A stretch of 63,561 bases of DNA, counting the filler, from Octopus bimaculoides (Eukaryota): assembly GCF_001194135.2 (NCBI RefSeq). It is 11 parts of 10 records of this genome, joined end to end, with 100 filler letters (N's around TTAATTAATTAA, not from the genome) between each part and the next. Parts side by side here need not be neighbours in the genome. Positions count along the whole stretch, not along the records: positions 1 to 1,573 come from NW_026312905.1; positions 1,674 to 2,818 come from NW_026386083.1; positions 2,919 to 7,190 come from NC_069007.1; positions 7,291 to 17,043 come from NC_069001.1; 7 more parts are not named here. One strand, given 5' to 3'. Position 1 is the first letter of the stretch. Each line of letters begins with the position of its first letter. The position numbers and the translations under genes were made by a program. The notes under the pieces were generated by a model, which was given only the letters and a program-made list of their open reading frames with translations, did no database searches and was not told the DNA's origin. Positions 1 to 10,699 of the stretch are shown here, piece by piece.

Positions 1-59
1 GTGGCAACATATTAAATCCAAGTGGGAGAGAGCATACATAAAATCCAAATATATAAGTC

Positions 60-157
60 CATCTTGACATAGCGGAGTCTAGTGAAGGTTTGCATATGTG
101 TGTGCGTGCGCGTATATACATGTGTACAAACATGTGCGCGCACGTGCATGTACACAG

Positions 158-204
<47 letters not shown>

Positions 205-417
205 CACTTATGTATACATACCCAAACACACACATGCACCCACACACATACACACACACACATACACAAACCTTCACATATACATATGCACACACACGCA
301 CACCTATACATACATTCCTGTATATATACATACATGCACATACACACACACACACACATATGTACACATGTACATACATTCACACATATACATGTACACA
401 TATATACACATACATAC

Positions 418-452
<35 letters not shown>

Positions 453-560
453 CATACATATATACACACACATGCATACATACATACACCCCACCTCCAC
501 CCCTACACACACTCACATACACATGTATGCATACATATACACATATACATATACATGTGT
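60..560. repeat. (CA)/(TA)/(TACA) compound microsatellite (one of dozens in the window)
   Basis: Seen directly; source of the HT/YI/CV-rich pseudo-ORFs. Confidence 0.97.
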
Positions 561-994
561 TTTGTTTAAGATTATAAAAAATATTAAGATTAATAACATA
601 CTGATTTGAAGCGAAGAACAAACATGGTAAATGAAACACCATTACCCTGTTATATATTAATATACTTATGTCAGCGCTAATCAATGTCAAAACGAAGTAC
701 AGGTTGTTTTGTTGAGAAATAATAATAATAATAACAATATACACGCTAATAAGGAGAAGGTCAGATATAAGGCAAAGCAGCTAGTGATACAAAGTAGCTC
801 AGGCAGTAATTACTGGGAAAGAAAATATTAATCAACTATAGAAGGGGAAAAGGCAAGTTGTGGTGGATGTAGAAGTAGATATTATTCAGAGGGTATTTAG
901 TAAAAAAAAAAAAAAGGGAGGGGGTTAAAAAAAATTATAATAATAATAACTATAATAACTATACTTGAAACCTAACCTAGTAGGAATGATGGAG

Positions 995-1440
995 CTAACG
1001 GTAATAAAAGAAGGTATGTTTATTGAAGTGCTGACAGCGGTACGCCCTCTGAGTTATTTGGTTAACTAGGTGATTCTTGGAGAACAGGATATAAAAAAGA
1101 TCCAAGTTACAAAGAGGGCAGAATTCCCTCCCCTTGTCATAGGGAAATGAGGTGGCCAGTATGGACCATTCCAAAGGGAATTGCTTATTGCAATCCTTCA
1201 GTTCCCAAATAAATTTACTTAGGCCAATAGTGCTAGCTTTATTTCTATCTCTAAACGACGAATAATGATTCGAGATTCTCTTGGATACCTGCGATGAACT
1301 ACCTACATAATATGAGACATCAGTGTTAGATGTTACCTTGCATTGATACGCTACATTTTTGGTCCTTGAATTCGCACTCAAAAACCTGACTCTATTAGGA
1401 TTTAATTCCGAGATGTTAATCTTATTGCTAATCTGAGTTT
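995..1440 (-). mobile_element. Penelope-like element (PLE) GIY-YIG endonuclease, decayed 3' fragment
   Basis: ORF 995-1381 reads NVAYQCKVT..YYVGSSSQVSKRISNHYSSF..STIGLSKFIWELK..LEWSILA..PY..CPLCNL..LVNQ..CQH, matching the VY..YxG..KxR..H..F GIY-YIG core plus the WxLK/WxI/CxLC/CxH C-terminal extension of invertebrate PLEs. The frame stays open upstream to about 1438. Confidence 0.85.
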
Positions 1441-1573
1441 AACCTTTAGCATCACGTCTATAAACCCCCTCCCTTTATATCTCTATGTAAACAAGCGTTC
1501 TTATTCCTAGAGCCCATGGAATAATATCTTTGACCCCTTTATATCTCTATGTAAACAAACCTTCTAACGGTCA

Positions 1574-1673
1574 NNNNNNNNNNNNNNNNNNNNNNNNNNN
1601 NNNNNNNNNNNNNNNNNTTAATTAATTAANNNNNNNNNNNNNNNNNNNNNNNNNNNNNNNNNNNNNNNNNNNN
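1574..1673. other. Artificial assembly linker N44-TTAATTAATTAA-N44 (first of ten; the 12-mer also starts at 2863, 7235, 17088, 23537, 30170, 32434, 46140, 50269, 52237)
   Basis: The same 12-mer, which has stops in all six frames, is centred in ten 100-bp N blocks. Confidence 0.97.
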
Positions 1674-1726
1674 GTTCTTGAAAATTGGTTATTTTCCCTA
1701 AAACTATATATATATATGTATATGTA

Positions 1727-1969
1727 TTACTCTTTACTCTTTTTACTCTGTTTACTTGTTTCAGTCATTTGATTGCGGCCATGCTGGAGCACCGCTTTTA
1801 GTCGAGCAAATAGACCCCAGGACTTATTCTTTGTAAGTCTAGTACTTATTCTATCGGTCCTCTTTTGCTGAACTGCTAAGTTACGGGGACGTAAATACAC
1901 CAGCACCAGTTATCAAGCGATGTTGGGGGGACAAACACAGACACACAAACATATACACGCACAAACACA

Positions 1970-2005
<36 letters not shown>

Positions 2006-2125
2006 CACATATATACGACGTGCGTCTTTCAGTTTCCGTCAACTGAATCCATTCACAAGGCATTGGTCGGCCCGAGGCTATAGTAGAAGACACTTGCCCA
2101 AGGTGCCACGCAGTGGAACTGAAGC
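1727..2125 (-). mobile_element. SINE family A (tRNA-like head, CORE-like segment, internal CA/TA microsatellite), 5'-truncated
   Basis: Aligns by eye with the full copy at 61471-61888 (gtttcagtcatttga..ggccatgctggagcac..cccgaggctatagtagaagacacttgcccaaggtgccacgcagtgg). Confidence 0.9.
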
Positions 2126-2240
2126 CTATGCCAAGAGGAAACCCTAGAAATAATTACATCCATGGAAAACGTAAGAAATAGGTATTCTGAGATAATCATA
2201 TCATGTAAACATAAGAACAATTCATCATTCGTGTAGCTTG
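2123..2240 (+). mobile_element. PLE GIY-YIG C-terminal tail fragment
   Basis: Translates LCQEETLEIITSMENVRNRYSEIIISCKHKNNSSFV*, matching the LC.eE..I..N..sE....CxH tail of the fragments at 995 and 48601. Confidence 0.65.
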
Positions 2241-2918
2241 AAGAAAATAATTTGAATCGAAATAGCACATAATAGAAAAGCGAAGGAACCCAAACAAATA
2301 AACAAATCAACCAACATTTGAGATGCTACAACACTATACCAATAAAAGCAAGGAAGAGGTCAACAAACTACACTGTATAGCAGCAGTACTTGACCATCTG
2401 TTGAGTTCAGAATTTACAGCAGATAGTCACACCTTAAATGAAATCAAAGAAAAGAATGTAACTCCCATCCTTAACATCTGCTGAATGAATAACAAAGTAA
2501 AGCCAACTTCGCATTTCATCCTTTCAGGATAGACTAAATAAAGGAAAAGCGAAACTGCATCAAAATTGTCAGAAATTTTGTAGGTGCTGGGTGTCGTAGT
2601 TGAGCAAATCATATAATATATTTGATGTTGCTGTTGTTGTTGTGTGGAATAATTTGTAAGTTCTCACTAATGGAACCGCGAAAGGCAAAAATGAGGATAA
2701 ATAAAATGAAAATATATAATCGAATAAAATTACTGAAATATTCTACTAACCTCTTTTCTTTGTCTGTATATATTTGCTTGTCTTCTTTGCTTGTCTTGTT
2801 GGTTTCTTTGTTTCTTTCNNNNNNNNNNNNNNNNNNNNNNNNNNNNNNNNNNNNNNNNNNNNTTAATTAATTAANNNNNNNNNNNNNNNNNNNNNNNNNN
2901 NNNNNNNNNNNNNNNNNN

Positions 2919-2965
<47 letters not shown>

Positions 2966-3154
2966 TCATATGGATGGGAGTAACTTTTGTGTTTCAATCA
3001 CAATAGAATCGACAGGTTGATGATCCGGAGAAGTATTATTACATATGATGGAAAGTTTTAAAAAGTTAGCAAAAACGAAAGGAGTATAATATAATTGGAA
3101 TGAGTCTTGAGTTGTATCCTGGGAGTGCGATGGTGCTCATCTGTTGAAAGTGAA

Positions 3155-3388
3155 ATTTTCCAGTCGGATATGATAATTCCGTGTTTTCAACGTAGTTCTC
3201 AGGGAGATTCAGCGTGACATAGAATGTGACAAGGTCAGCCATTTGAAACACCGGAACAAATCATTCTTGCTAGCCGAGTGGATTGGAGCAGCGAAAAATA
3301 AAGTGACTTGCTCAAGGACACAATACTCGGCCGGGAATCGAACTCATGACTGTACGATCGCGAGTAACATACTCCTTGCCACTAAACT
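3155..3388 (-). mobile_element. tRNA-derived SINE related to families C/D
   Basis: Contains aacgtagttctcagggagattcagcgtgac (shared with family C) and the reverse complement of a B-box-like gagttcgattcccggccga. Confidence 0.7.
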
Positions 3389-3400
3389 GGCAGAATCGTC

Positions 3401-3788
3401 TTTGTTGTTGGGACTCCGTCGGTTGCGACGACGAGGGTTCCAGTTGATCCGATCAACGGAACGGCCTGCTCGTGAAATTAACGTGCAAATGGCTGAGCAC
3501 TCCACAGACACGTGTACCCTTAACGTAGTTCTCGGGGGATATTCAGTGTGACACAGTGTGACAAGGCTGACCCTTTGAATTACAGGCACAACAGAAACAG
3601 GAAGAAAGAGTGAGAGAAAGTTGTGGTGAAAGAGTACAGCAGGGTTCGCCACCATCCCCTGCCGGAGCTTCGTGGAGCTTTAGGTGTTTTCGCTCAATAA
3701 ACACTCACAACGCCCGGTCTGGGAATCGAAACCGCGATCCTATGACCGCGAGTCCGCTGCCCTAACCACTGGGCCATTGCGCCTCCAC
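3401..3788 (-). mobile_element. SINE family C, full length, 12-bp TSD, inserted into a family-B SINE head
   Basis: tRNA-like head gtggaggcgcaatggcccagtggttagg..ggtttcgattcccagacc and a (CAA)n tail. GGCAGAATCGTC is duplicated at 3389-3400 and 3789-3800. Confidence 0.92.
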
Positions 3789-3965
3789 GGCAGAATCGTC
3801 AGTAGACCGACAAACTGCTTTGTGTTATATATTATAGCTTCACGTTCTGGGTTCAAATTCCACCGAGGTCATCTTTACCTTTCATCTTTTCGGTATGGGG
3901 GTGGGGGGTGCAATTCGACTTACCCTCCCCTCAAAATTTCTGGCTTTGTGCTAAAATTCGAAACC
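3789..3965 (+). mobile_element. SINE family B, interrupted by the family-C copy
   Basis: ggcagaatcgt..ggttcaaattccaccgaggtc..ctttcatc..aaaatttctggctttgtgc matches the family-B copy at 59571-59765. Confidence 0.8.
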
Positions 3966-4029
3966 ATTATTATCACCATTATTTCCATTTCGCTTCTGAG
4001 AGCTCTTGATTTTTCTTGCTTCGGTTAAT

Positions 4030-4160
4030 TCTGTAAGAGCGGACCACAACCTGGCAAGGGTCTCACTGGGTCTCCACTATGCGCAACATCCAAGCACCAA
4101 ACTCAAAGTCCGCGATCTCCCCAGTAATACAGTTTTCTGAGCATGCTTTATCCTCAAGTT
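4030..4160 (-). mobile_element. 3' end of an RLE-type non-LTR retrotransposon (different family from the two adjacent copies)
   Basis: Minus strand reads NLRIKHAQKTVLLGRSRTLSLVLG, resembling the terminal QKxxLLGTARILRxVL motif of R4/Dong-like ORFs, followed by a short 3' UTR. Confidence 0.55.
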
Positions 4161-4578
4161 ATTTGTACAAGTTGGCTCCAAGTCTCACCCAGAGACCTCA
4201 AGAGACAACAAGTTAGAAGTTCATGTAGGTGTTATGCCTAGGGTACCATATATTTGGATTTGTACATAGTGTTGTTCTAGAGAATGTTTAAGAAACCATA
4301 AGAAAATTATGTGTTTGTTTTAAAATTTGAGATCACATAGACAGTATTTTACGTAGGATATGGGCAGTTCCCATGAGCACTATCTTTCGAACTTCAGCCA
4401 TTTTGGGGTTTCCTGGTATCTGAGATAGGTATCAATCAGCCCCTTTTGCTATCCTTCCAGGGCACATATGACAACAGGTATTATTTTAGCCTTCAGGTTC
4501 CACAGTTTGCCAATTTCTATTTCAAGATCTTTATACTTGCCCAGTTTTTGGTAGGTCTTTCTTGATAGATACATTTAT
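4161..4578 (-). mobile_element. R4/Dong-like RLE non-LTR retrotransposon 3' end, copy 1
   Basis: With frameshifts, reads KYKDLEIEIGKLWNLKAKIIPVVICAL..YLSQIPGNPKMAEVRKIVLMGTAHILRKILSM* (stop 4333-4335), the RLE endonuclease C-terminus, plus 3' UTR. Flanked by (ATC)n. Confidence 0.85.
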
Positions 4579-4609
4579 CATCATCATCATCATCATCATC
4601 ATTATTATA

Positions 4610-5041
4610 TGTTTGACTTTTGCTTTGCATTTGTACAAGTTGGCTCCAAGTCTCACCCAGAGACCTCAAGAGACAAGTTAGACGTTCATGTAGCTGTTAT
4701 GCCTACGGTGCCATATATTTGGTTTCGTACATAGTGTTGTTCTAGAGAATGTTTAAGAAAACATAAGAAAATTATAAGTTTGTTTTAAAATTTGAGATTA
4801 CATAGACAGTATTTTACGTAGGATATGGGCAGTTCCCATGAGCACTATCTTTTGAACTTCAGCCATTTTGGGGTTTCCTGGTATCTGAGCTAGGTAGCAA
4901 TCAGCTCCCTTTGCTATCATTCCTAGGGCACCTATGACAACAAGTATTGTTTTCGTCTTGAGGTTTCACATTTTGTCAGTTTCTATTTCAAGATCTTTAT
5001 ACTTGCTCAGTTTTTTGGTAAGTCTTGACAGATACATTTTA
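4610..5041 (-). mobile_element. R4/Dong-like RLE non-LTR retrotransposon 3' end, copy 2
   Basis: Diverged paralogue of 4161-4578 (KYKDLEIE..QKIVLMGTAHILRKILSM*). Its 3' end runs into (AAT/GAT)n and its 5' end abuts an (ATC/ATT/GTT)n tract at 5041-5170. Confidence 0.85.
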
Positions 5042-5110
5042 TTGTTATCATCTTCATCATCATCATCATTATCATCATCATCATCAACACCATCATTATT
5101 ATTATTAACG

Positions 5111-5143
<33 letters not shown>

Positions 5144-5314
5144 GTTGTTGTTGTTGTTGTTGTTGTTATTCGACATTTGATAGTTTCATGCAGATTTCTA
5201 CTGTATCACCTGTTACACCTCCGTGTTGCTGAAGTGTGTGCAGCATTGTATTATTATTATTCGGCCGATAACTGATGAGATATTTAAAGATTAGCTAATT
5301 TTTTTTTTTTTCAG

Positions 5315-5383
5315 ATAAAAGAAAAAAATCAAAAGAACGAAATCCTGGCACACCTTCGCAGACCTCATTTATCACTTTATCAG
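5315..5383 (+). CDS. Isolated candidate internal exon (69 nt), product unknown
   Basis: Strong T-tract CAG acceptor and CAG|GTAACA donor. Length is a multiple of 3 and two frames are open (IKEKNQKNEILAHLRRPHLSLYQ or KRKKSKERNPGTPSQTSFITLS). No partner exon identified. Confidence 0.2.
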
Positions 5384-5519
5384 GTAACAATTGGAAAAAA
5401 TTACAGGTGTGTGGATAGCGTATCGGAAAACGAATCGAGAGGTTGGCGGTTCGCAACTTGTGCCCTTCTCAGTTGTATTTATGCTAATATTTTAAAATGA
5501 GCCATGACGGAATAAAACG

Positions 5520-5680
5520 TGTTTATTGTGAGATCGTGAGATCGATTCTCGAGCAGAGCGGGCGATGCGATGTGGCCTTGAGCAAAGCACTTCATCTCAC
5601 GCTGTTCTGCTGTCACTTCGACACCTCAAATGTGGTACACAATTCACCTGTAGAGCCAAATGGTGGACTGCGTAACATTG
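5520..5680 (+). mobile_element. SINE family D, diverged
   Basis: agatcgtgagatcgattctcgagcag..gccttgagcaaagcacttcatctcacg resembles 28108-28375. Confidence 0.55.
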
Positions 5681-5828
5681 GGAATTTATGAGGTTATTCT
5701 AGGACTTCTTTCCACTTGTTTTAAGGCTTTCCCTAAAGCCTGTCTAACAAGATTCAAGAAATTCCAATAGTGCTTATGAACGTCCATCCCTAACTTTATC
5801 TGATTACCTTCATTTTTATTTTCAGTAA

Positions 5829-6206
5829 CTCCGTCGCTTACAACGTCGAGGGTTCCAGTTGATCCGATCAACGGAACAGCTTGCTCGTAAAATTAACGTG
5901 CAAGTGGCTGAGCACTCCACAGACACACGTGTACCCTTAACGTAGTTCTCAGGGGATATTCAGCGTGACACAGTGTGACAAGGCTGACCCTTTGAATTAC
6001 AGGCACAACAGAAACAGGAAGAAAGAGTGAGAGAAAGTTGTGGTGAAAGAGTACAGCAGGGTTCGCCACCATCCCCTGCCGGAGCCTCGTGGAACTTTTA
6101 GGTGTTTTCGCTCAATAAACACTCGCAACGTCCGGTCTAGGAATCGAAACCGCGATCCTATGACCGCGAGTCCGCTGCCCTAACCACTGGGCCATTGCGC
6201 CTCCAC
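5829..6206 (-). mobile_element. SINE family C, full length, 11-bp TSD
   Basis: Nearly identical to 3401-3788. ATTTTCAGTAA is duplicated at 5818-5828 and 6207-6217. Confidence 0.92.
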
Positions 6207-6455
6207 ATTTTCAGTAAGCATAGGGTTTTTCTGACTCATCGTTATCATTTATTTTTTCAAAAAAAAAAAAAAAATTCCTTCAGCTTGTGATGGCGGACAA
6301 ACTGAAATAGCCCTTGAGCTAGTTTATTCTTGTCGAAATTCTTAGTGCTTGGGCAGAAACTCAGCCCAAGCTCCAAAACAGAGGCATCGTTATGCTTTGT
6401 GTAACATAGTTCACTAATGTCACTTTAAACTGTTTCTTCTAACAGATCTACTTAA

Positions 6456-6614
6456 CCGTTCGACGGTCCGGTCTATTATATGAAATACGCAAATAATATT
6501 TCCCTAACATCCATGCATCATATGATACGCATTTCCGATATCTTTCAACCACCAGAGTAACTCGAGACTTGTGAAGGGTAAGTTTTATATTAATCAGAAC
6601 GTATGAAACGAGGG
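6456..6614. mobile_element. Possible piggyBac-type MITE
   Basis: TTAA at 6452-6455 and 6615-6618, with imperfect inverted ends CCGTTCG..TCTATTATATGAAA versus CCCTCG..TCTGATTAATATAAAA. Confidence 0.35.
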
Positions 6615-7290
6615 TTAATTAAACATCACAAGACAAGCATGCACTTTTAGGACAAACTTATAAAAATGATTTGAATAGGCAAAGAGTTAATGAAGATTAC
6701 TCAAAGCGACATTCTACCAGTCATAACTGTATGACTTGTATTCAATCATATTTGTATTCAGTCATACAGTCATAACTGTATGACTGTATGACTTGTAGTC
6801 AATCGTCAAAGTATTATTAGCAGGTTTTTTTTTGCGTCATTGAAGCATTTATAAATAACAACGACAACAAAACAGCACTGCCTAATTTCTAGTTTATTAG
6901 AAATTTCTTAAGGATAAGTTTTGAATGTATTTCCTCTTTGGTGCGAAACAGCTGGATATTTTAAAGGTTTTAATTTCCAGTGACATTCACAAAGAAATCG
7001 ACTTTATAATTCTTACAGTACTTGTTACTAAGTGGCATTGAAATCGTGCGTGACACTTGAAAGGGAAAACTTCTGATGTGGTGTAAGAAGTACTTTAGGC
7101 TGTCGTGATTCAACAGTATTTGACAAATACGTGGTACAATTCCTTTTTTGTAGATTTGTTGCACTTTTCCCCCCGCAAAAAAAAAAAAAANNNNNNNNNN
7201 NNNNNNNNNNNNNNNNNNNNNNNNNNNNNNNNNNTTAATTAATTAANNNNNNNNNNNNNNNNNNNNNNNNNNNNNNNNNNNNNNNNNNNN

Positions 7291-7363
<73 letters not shown>

Positions 7364-9211
7364 AAATAACTAAAATTCCAAGATAACATATGTATCAATA
7401 ATTATAAGCTCAGATGTTTAATAAATATATACCTTCAGCCTTGCTGTATAAACAGATCATGTTGTTAAGCTGCAGAGCACTCTCTGTGAGGCAAATATGA
7501 GGACAGCTTGACGAGCTTTGAAACTAGTTCTAAGGTTTGTCCTTCAGTTAGACAGAAAGAGGCCTGTGGTTTAACCAGAGTTTATTTACACACCAAGAAT
7601 GAATGTACAGTTATCAATAACACACATGGGAACTTACAATTCATGAATCGGAAGAACGTCAAAGCAGAAAAACTATAATAGCGTGTAAATATTGGGTAAA
7701 AAAACCCTTCTGGATATATAAAAAATTGAAGGCTGCCTATGGGACATGCACCCATATTTTCTGTAAGCATAACAGGTAACCTTTGACTTTTCTATCCAAA
7801 GAGCTTTTTACGCAAATAGTTATACAGTATTATTTAAAGCTTTCCAGCTTTGAGATTCACTGTTCCAAAAACAGAATTTTTTCCTGTTCTCTCAACGATT
7901 ATCTATTCTTATCATTATATATGTATGTTTGTATTCATGTATTTATTTGTAAAGTTTTCAAAGTTGCACACATTAAATGAGTGAAGCTTTCTCTTCTTCT
8001 GCTGGTCCCAGGTGGAAGGATGAAAAAAAAAAAATAATAATTAAACATCTATATGTTAGGGAAGGTGAAATATGAATAGACATTATTTTTGATAATTAAT
8101 AAAATAGAGAAGAAGAGAAGAAAAATAAAATAAGTTCGACATTGGTGTGAATAAGTAATGGTATGACAATGGTGTGAATGTTAATATTAATAGAATCAAT
8201 ACATATTGTTATAGGCTGACCCTCACAACCAGAATGTTGACAGAACATTCCCTGGGTCAACCTAAAAAAAAAAAAATCAAAAACTGGACAATAAGTAACA
8301 AAAAACGAGGTAGTTTTCATAAACTTAAAACAAAAACATTTAAATTAGGTCAAATAAATAACACATACCATTTTTTCTTTTTTTTTTTTTTGTNNNNNNN
8401 NNNNNNNNNNNNNNNNNNNNNNNNNNNNNNNNNNNNNNNNNNNNNNNNNNNNNNNNNNNNNNNNNNNNNNNNNNNNNNNNNNNNNNNNNNNNNNNNNNNN
8501 NNNNNNNNNNNNNNNNNNNNNNNNNNNNNNNNNNNNNNNNNNNNNNNNNNNNNNNNNNNNNNNNNNNNNNNNNNNNNNNNNNNNNNNNNNNNNNNNNNNN
8601 NNNNNNNNNNNNNNNNNNNNNNNNNNNNNNNNNNNNNNNNNNNNNNNNNNNNNNNNNNNNNNNNNNNNNNNNNNNNNNNNNNNNNNNNNNNNNNNNNNNN
8701 NNNNNNNNNNNNNNNNNNNNNNNNNNNNNNNNNNNNNNNNNNNNNNNNNNNNNNNNNNNNNNNNNNNNNNNNNNNNNNNNNNNNNNNNNNNNNNNNNNNN
8801 NNNNNNNNNNNNNNNNNNNNNNNNNNNNNNNNNNNNNNNNNNNNNNNNNNNNNNNNNNNNNNNNNNNNNNNNNNNNNNNNNNNNNNNNNNNNNNNNNNNN
8901 NNNNNNNNNNNNNNNNNNNNNNNNNNNNNNNNNNNNNNNNNNNNNNNNNNNNNNNNNNNNNNNNNNNNNNNNNNNNNNNNNNNNNNNNNNNNNNNNNNNN
9001 NNNNNNNNNNNNNNNNNNNNNNNNNNNNNNNNNNNNNNNNNNNNNNNNNNNNNNNNNNNNNNNNNNNNNNNNNNNNNNNNNNNNNNNNNNNNNNNNNNNN
9101 NNNNNNNNNNNNNNNNNNNNNNNNNNNNNNNNNNNNNNNNNNNNNNNNNNNNNNNNNNNNNNNNNNNNNNNNNNNNNNNNNNNNNNNNNNNNNNNNNNNN
9201 NNNNNNNNNNN

Positions 9212-9271
<60 letters not shown>

Positions 9272-10699
9272 ATATGTATGTATGCATGCGTGTGTATGTG
9301 TATGTGTGTGTCTATGTGTGGGGGTACAGAAAGCTGAGTCATAAGGATACCAGACCACCAGCTGAAAAGTCAGCAGTTTGTATCCTATCACGGACACTGT
9401 GATTGGTGGCCATGCCAATTCTCCTAAGGCCTAAGCCATCTGGCTGTAAATAGGTACAACAATGTAATTACAACTTGCCATGGTTGGTGACAGCAGCATA
9501 CTAAAACTGATGAGCATGTCATTAGTTTGCTGTGCTGGGTTCAGCTCCTTCTGTGAGTATATAGCTTGAAGAGGAATGGCTCCCCTAAATTGACTTGTCC
9601 CAAGATACACTACATGGAAACTTTTGTTTTAAGTGGTGTCTCTACCACCCAATGAGTTACAAAGGAGGGGCAGGGAGGCCTTCTCATCATATGTATATGC
9701 ATATGGCTGACTAAATGTTTTCTAAATTTTGTAACAAGCTTATAACTAAAACCACATTATCATAGTCAAAAACATAGATGGGGAATTAGGAAAAAAAAAA
9801 AAAAGTTTGGTGATGGATTTCCAAGGATGATTATTTGAAATCAAATATGATAGAAATAGAAACAAAAATATTAGGACAGGAGTTTTCCATAAAAATACTT
9901 CGAGCTGAGGGATTTAAACAGACAATGAGAATTACAACTCATTTATAACAAAAGAAAAAAAAAATTATAGTCTAGGATTTGTTACTTGTGGAAAAATATA
10001 TTCTGTGAGTCGTTATTTATATAAAATAAAAGATAAAAACAAAAGAAAAAAGATAATTAAAAAAAAAACTATTCAGTCAGTAGTAGTTGTTGTTTAGCTT
10101 TAGGATAATGCTGAACAAGATATAATCAAAAGGTGATCCGACTGTGACCACCCTGGCTTTTTTTGACAGACATTGTATATCTAAGATAACTGCATTATCC
10201 AGTATAGCTTTGTTTTTGTTTTTAAAGATATTAGGGTATGGTTTGAGAGATATTTAGCTGCTATTTCTACCAGTTTGAGTGATCGTGTAGGAAGTTTTTT
10301 CACTGTTAGTTCTAGACAGTAGAAGTTGCAATGGGTGGTCAGTAATGGAGTGGCTGTACAACTTCACATTGCTGGAATGCATCTTTATCTGACTGTTGAT
10401 AAGATATTGAACTATAAACCAGTTAAAATTTTAGGGTTTTACGGAGCAGTCAGTTGTTTAACCATCCACACTAACTAATCGACACTCGGTTGTAAGTTGT
10501 CAGAAACATAGTGACTAGCAATTTATGAGGGATGGTTGGTTACATCATGTAAATTTGGCAACATCTTTATTAATAATAGTAACAATAATAATAATAATAA
10601 TCATAATAATAATAATAATGATGATGACGATGGTGCTCCAGATAATTAAATTAGTGACTGGAGCCCATTTCCTTTAAAAACAAATAATAACAATTACTA

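Noticed and set aside
12-744. Long overlapping HT/YI/CV-rich ORFs here and at many other microsatellites (17.4-18.0, 19.3, 27.9, 39.6, 41.5-42.1, 45.2, 46.4, 48.1, 49.9, 58.2, 63.1 kb)
   Set aside because: Translations of di-, tri- and tetranucleotide repeats that lack stop codons.
1618-1629. TTAATTAATTAA palindrome repeated ten times
   Set aside because: Always centred in 100-bp N blocks; an artificial linker, not biology.
3700-3788. tRNA-like heads of SINEs as tRNA genes
   Set aside because: No complete cloverleaf; each continues into SINE body sequence.
8174-9418. ORFs over 120 aa full of X (also at 20.8, 22.1, 25.7, 28.9, 40.7, 42.5, 54.8, 57.6, 58.5 kb)
   Set aside because: Read-through of N gaps.
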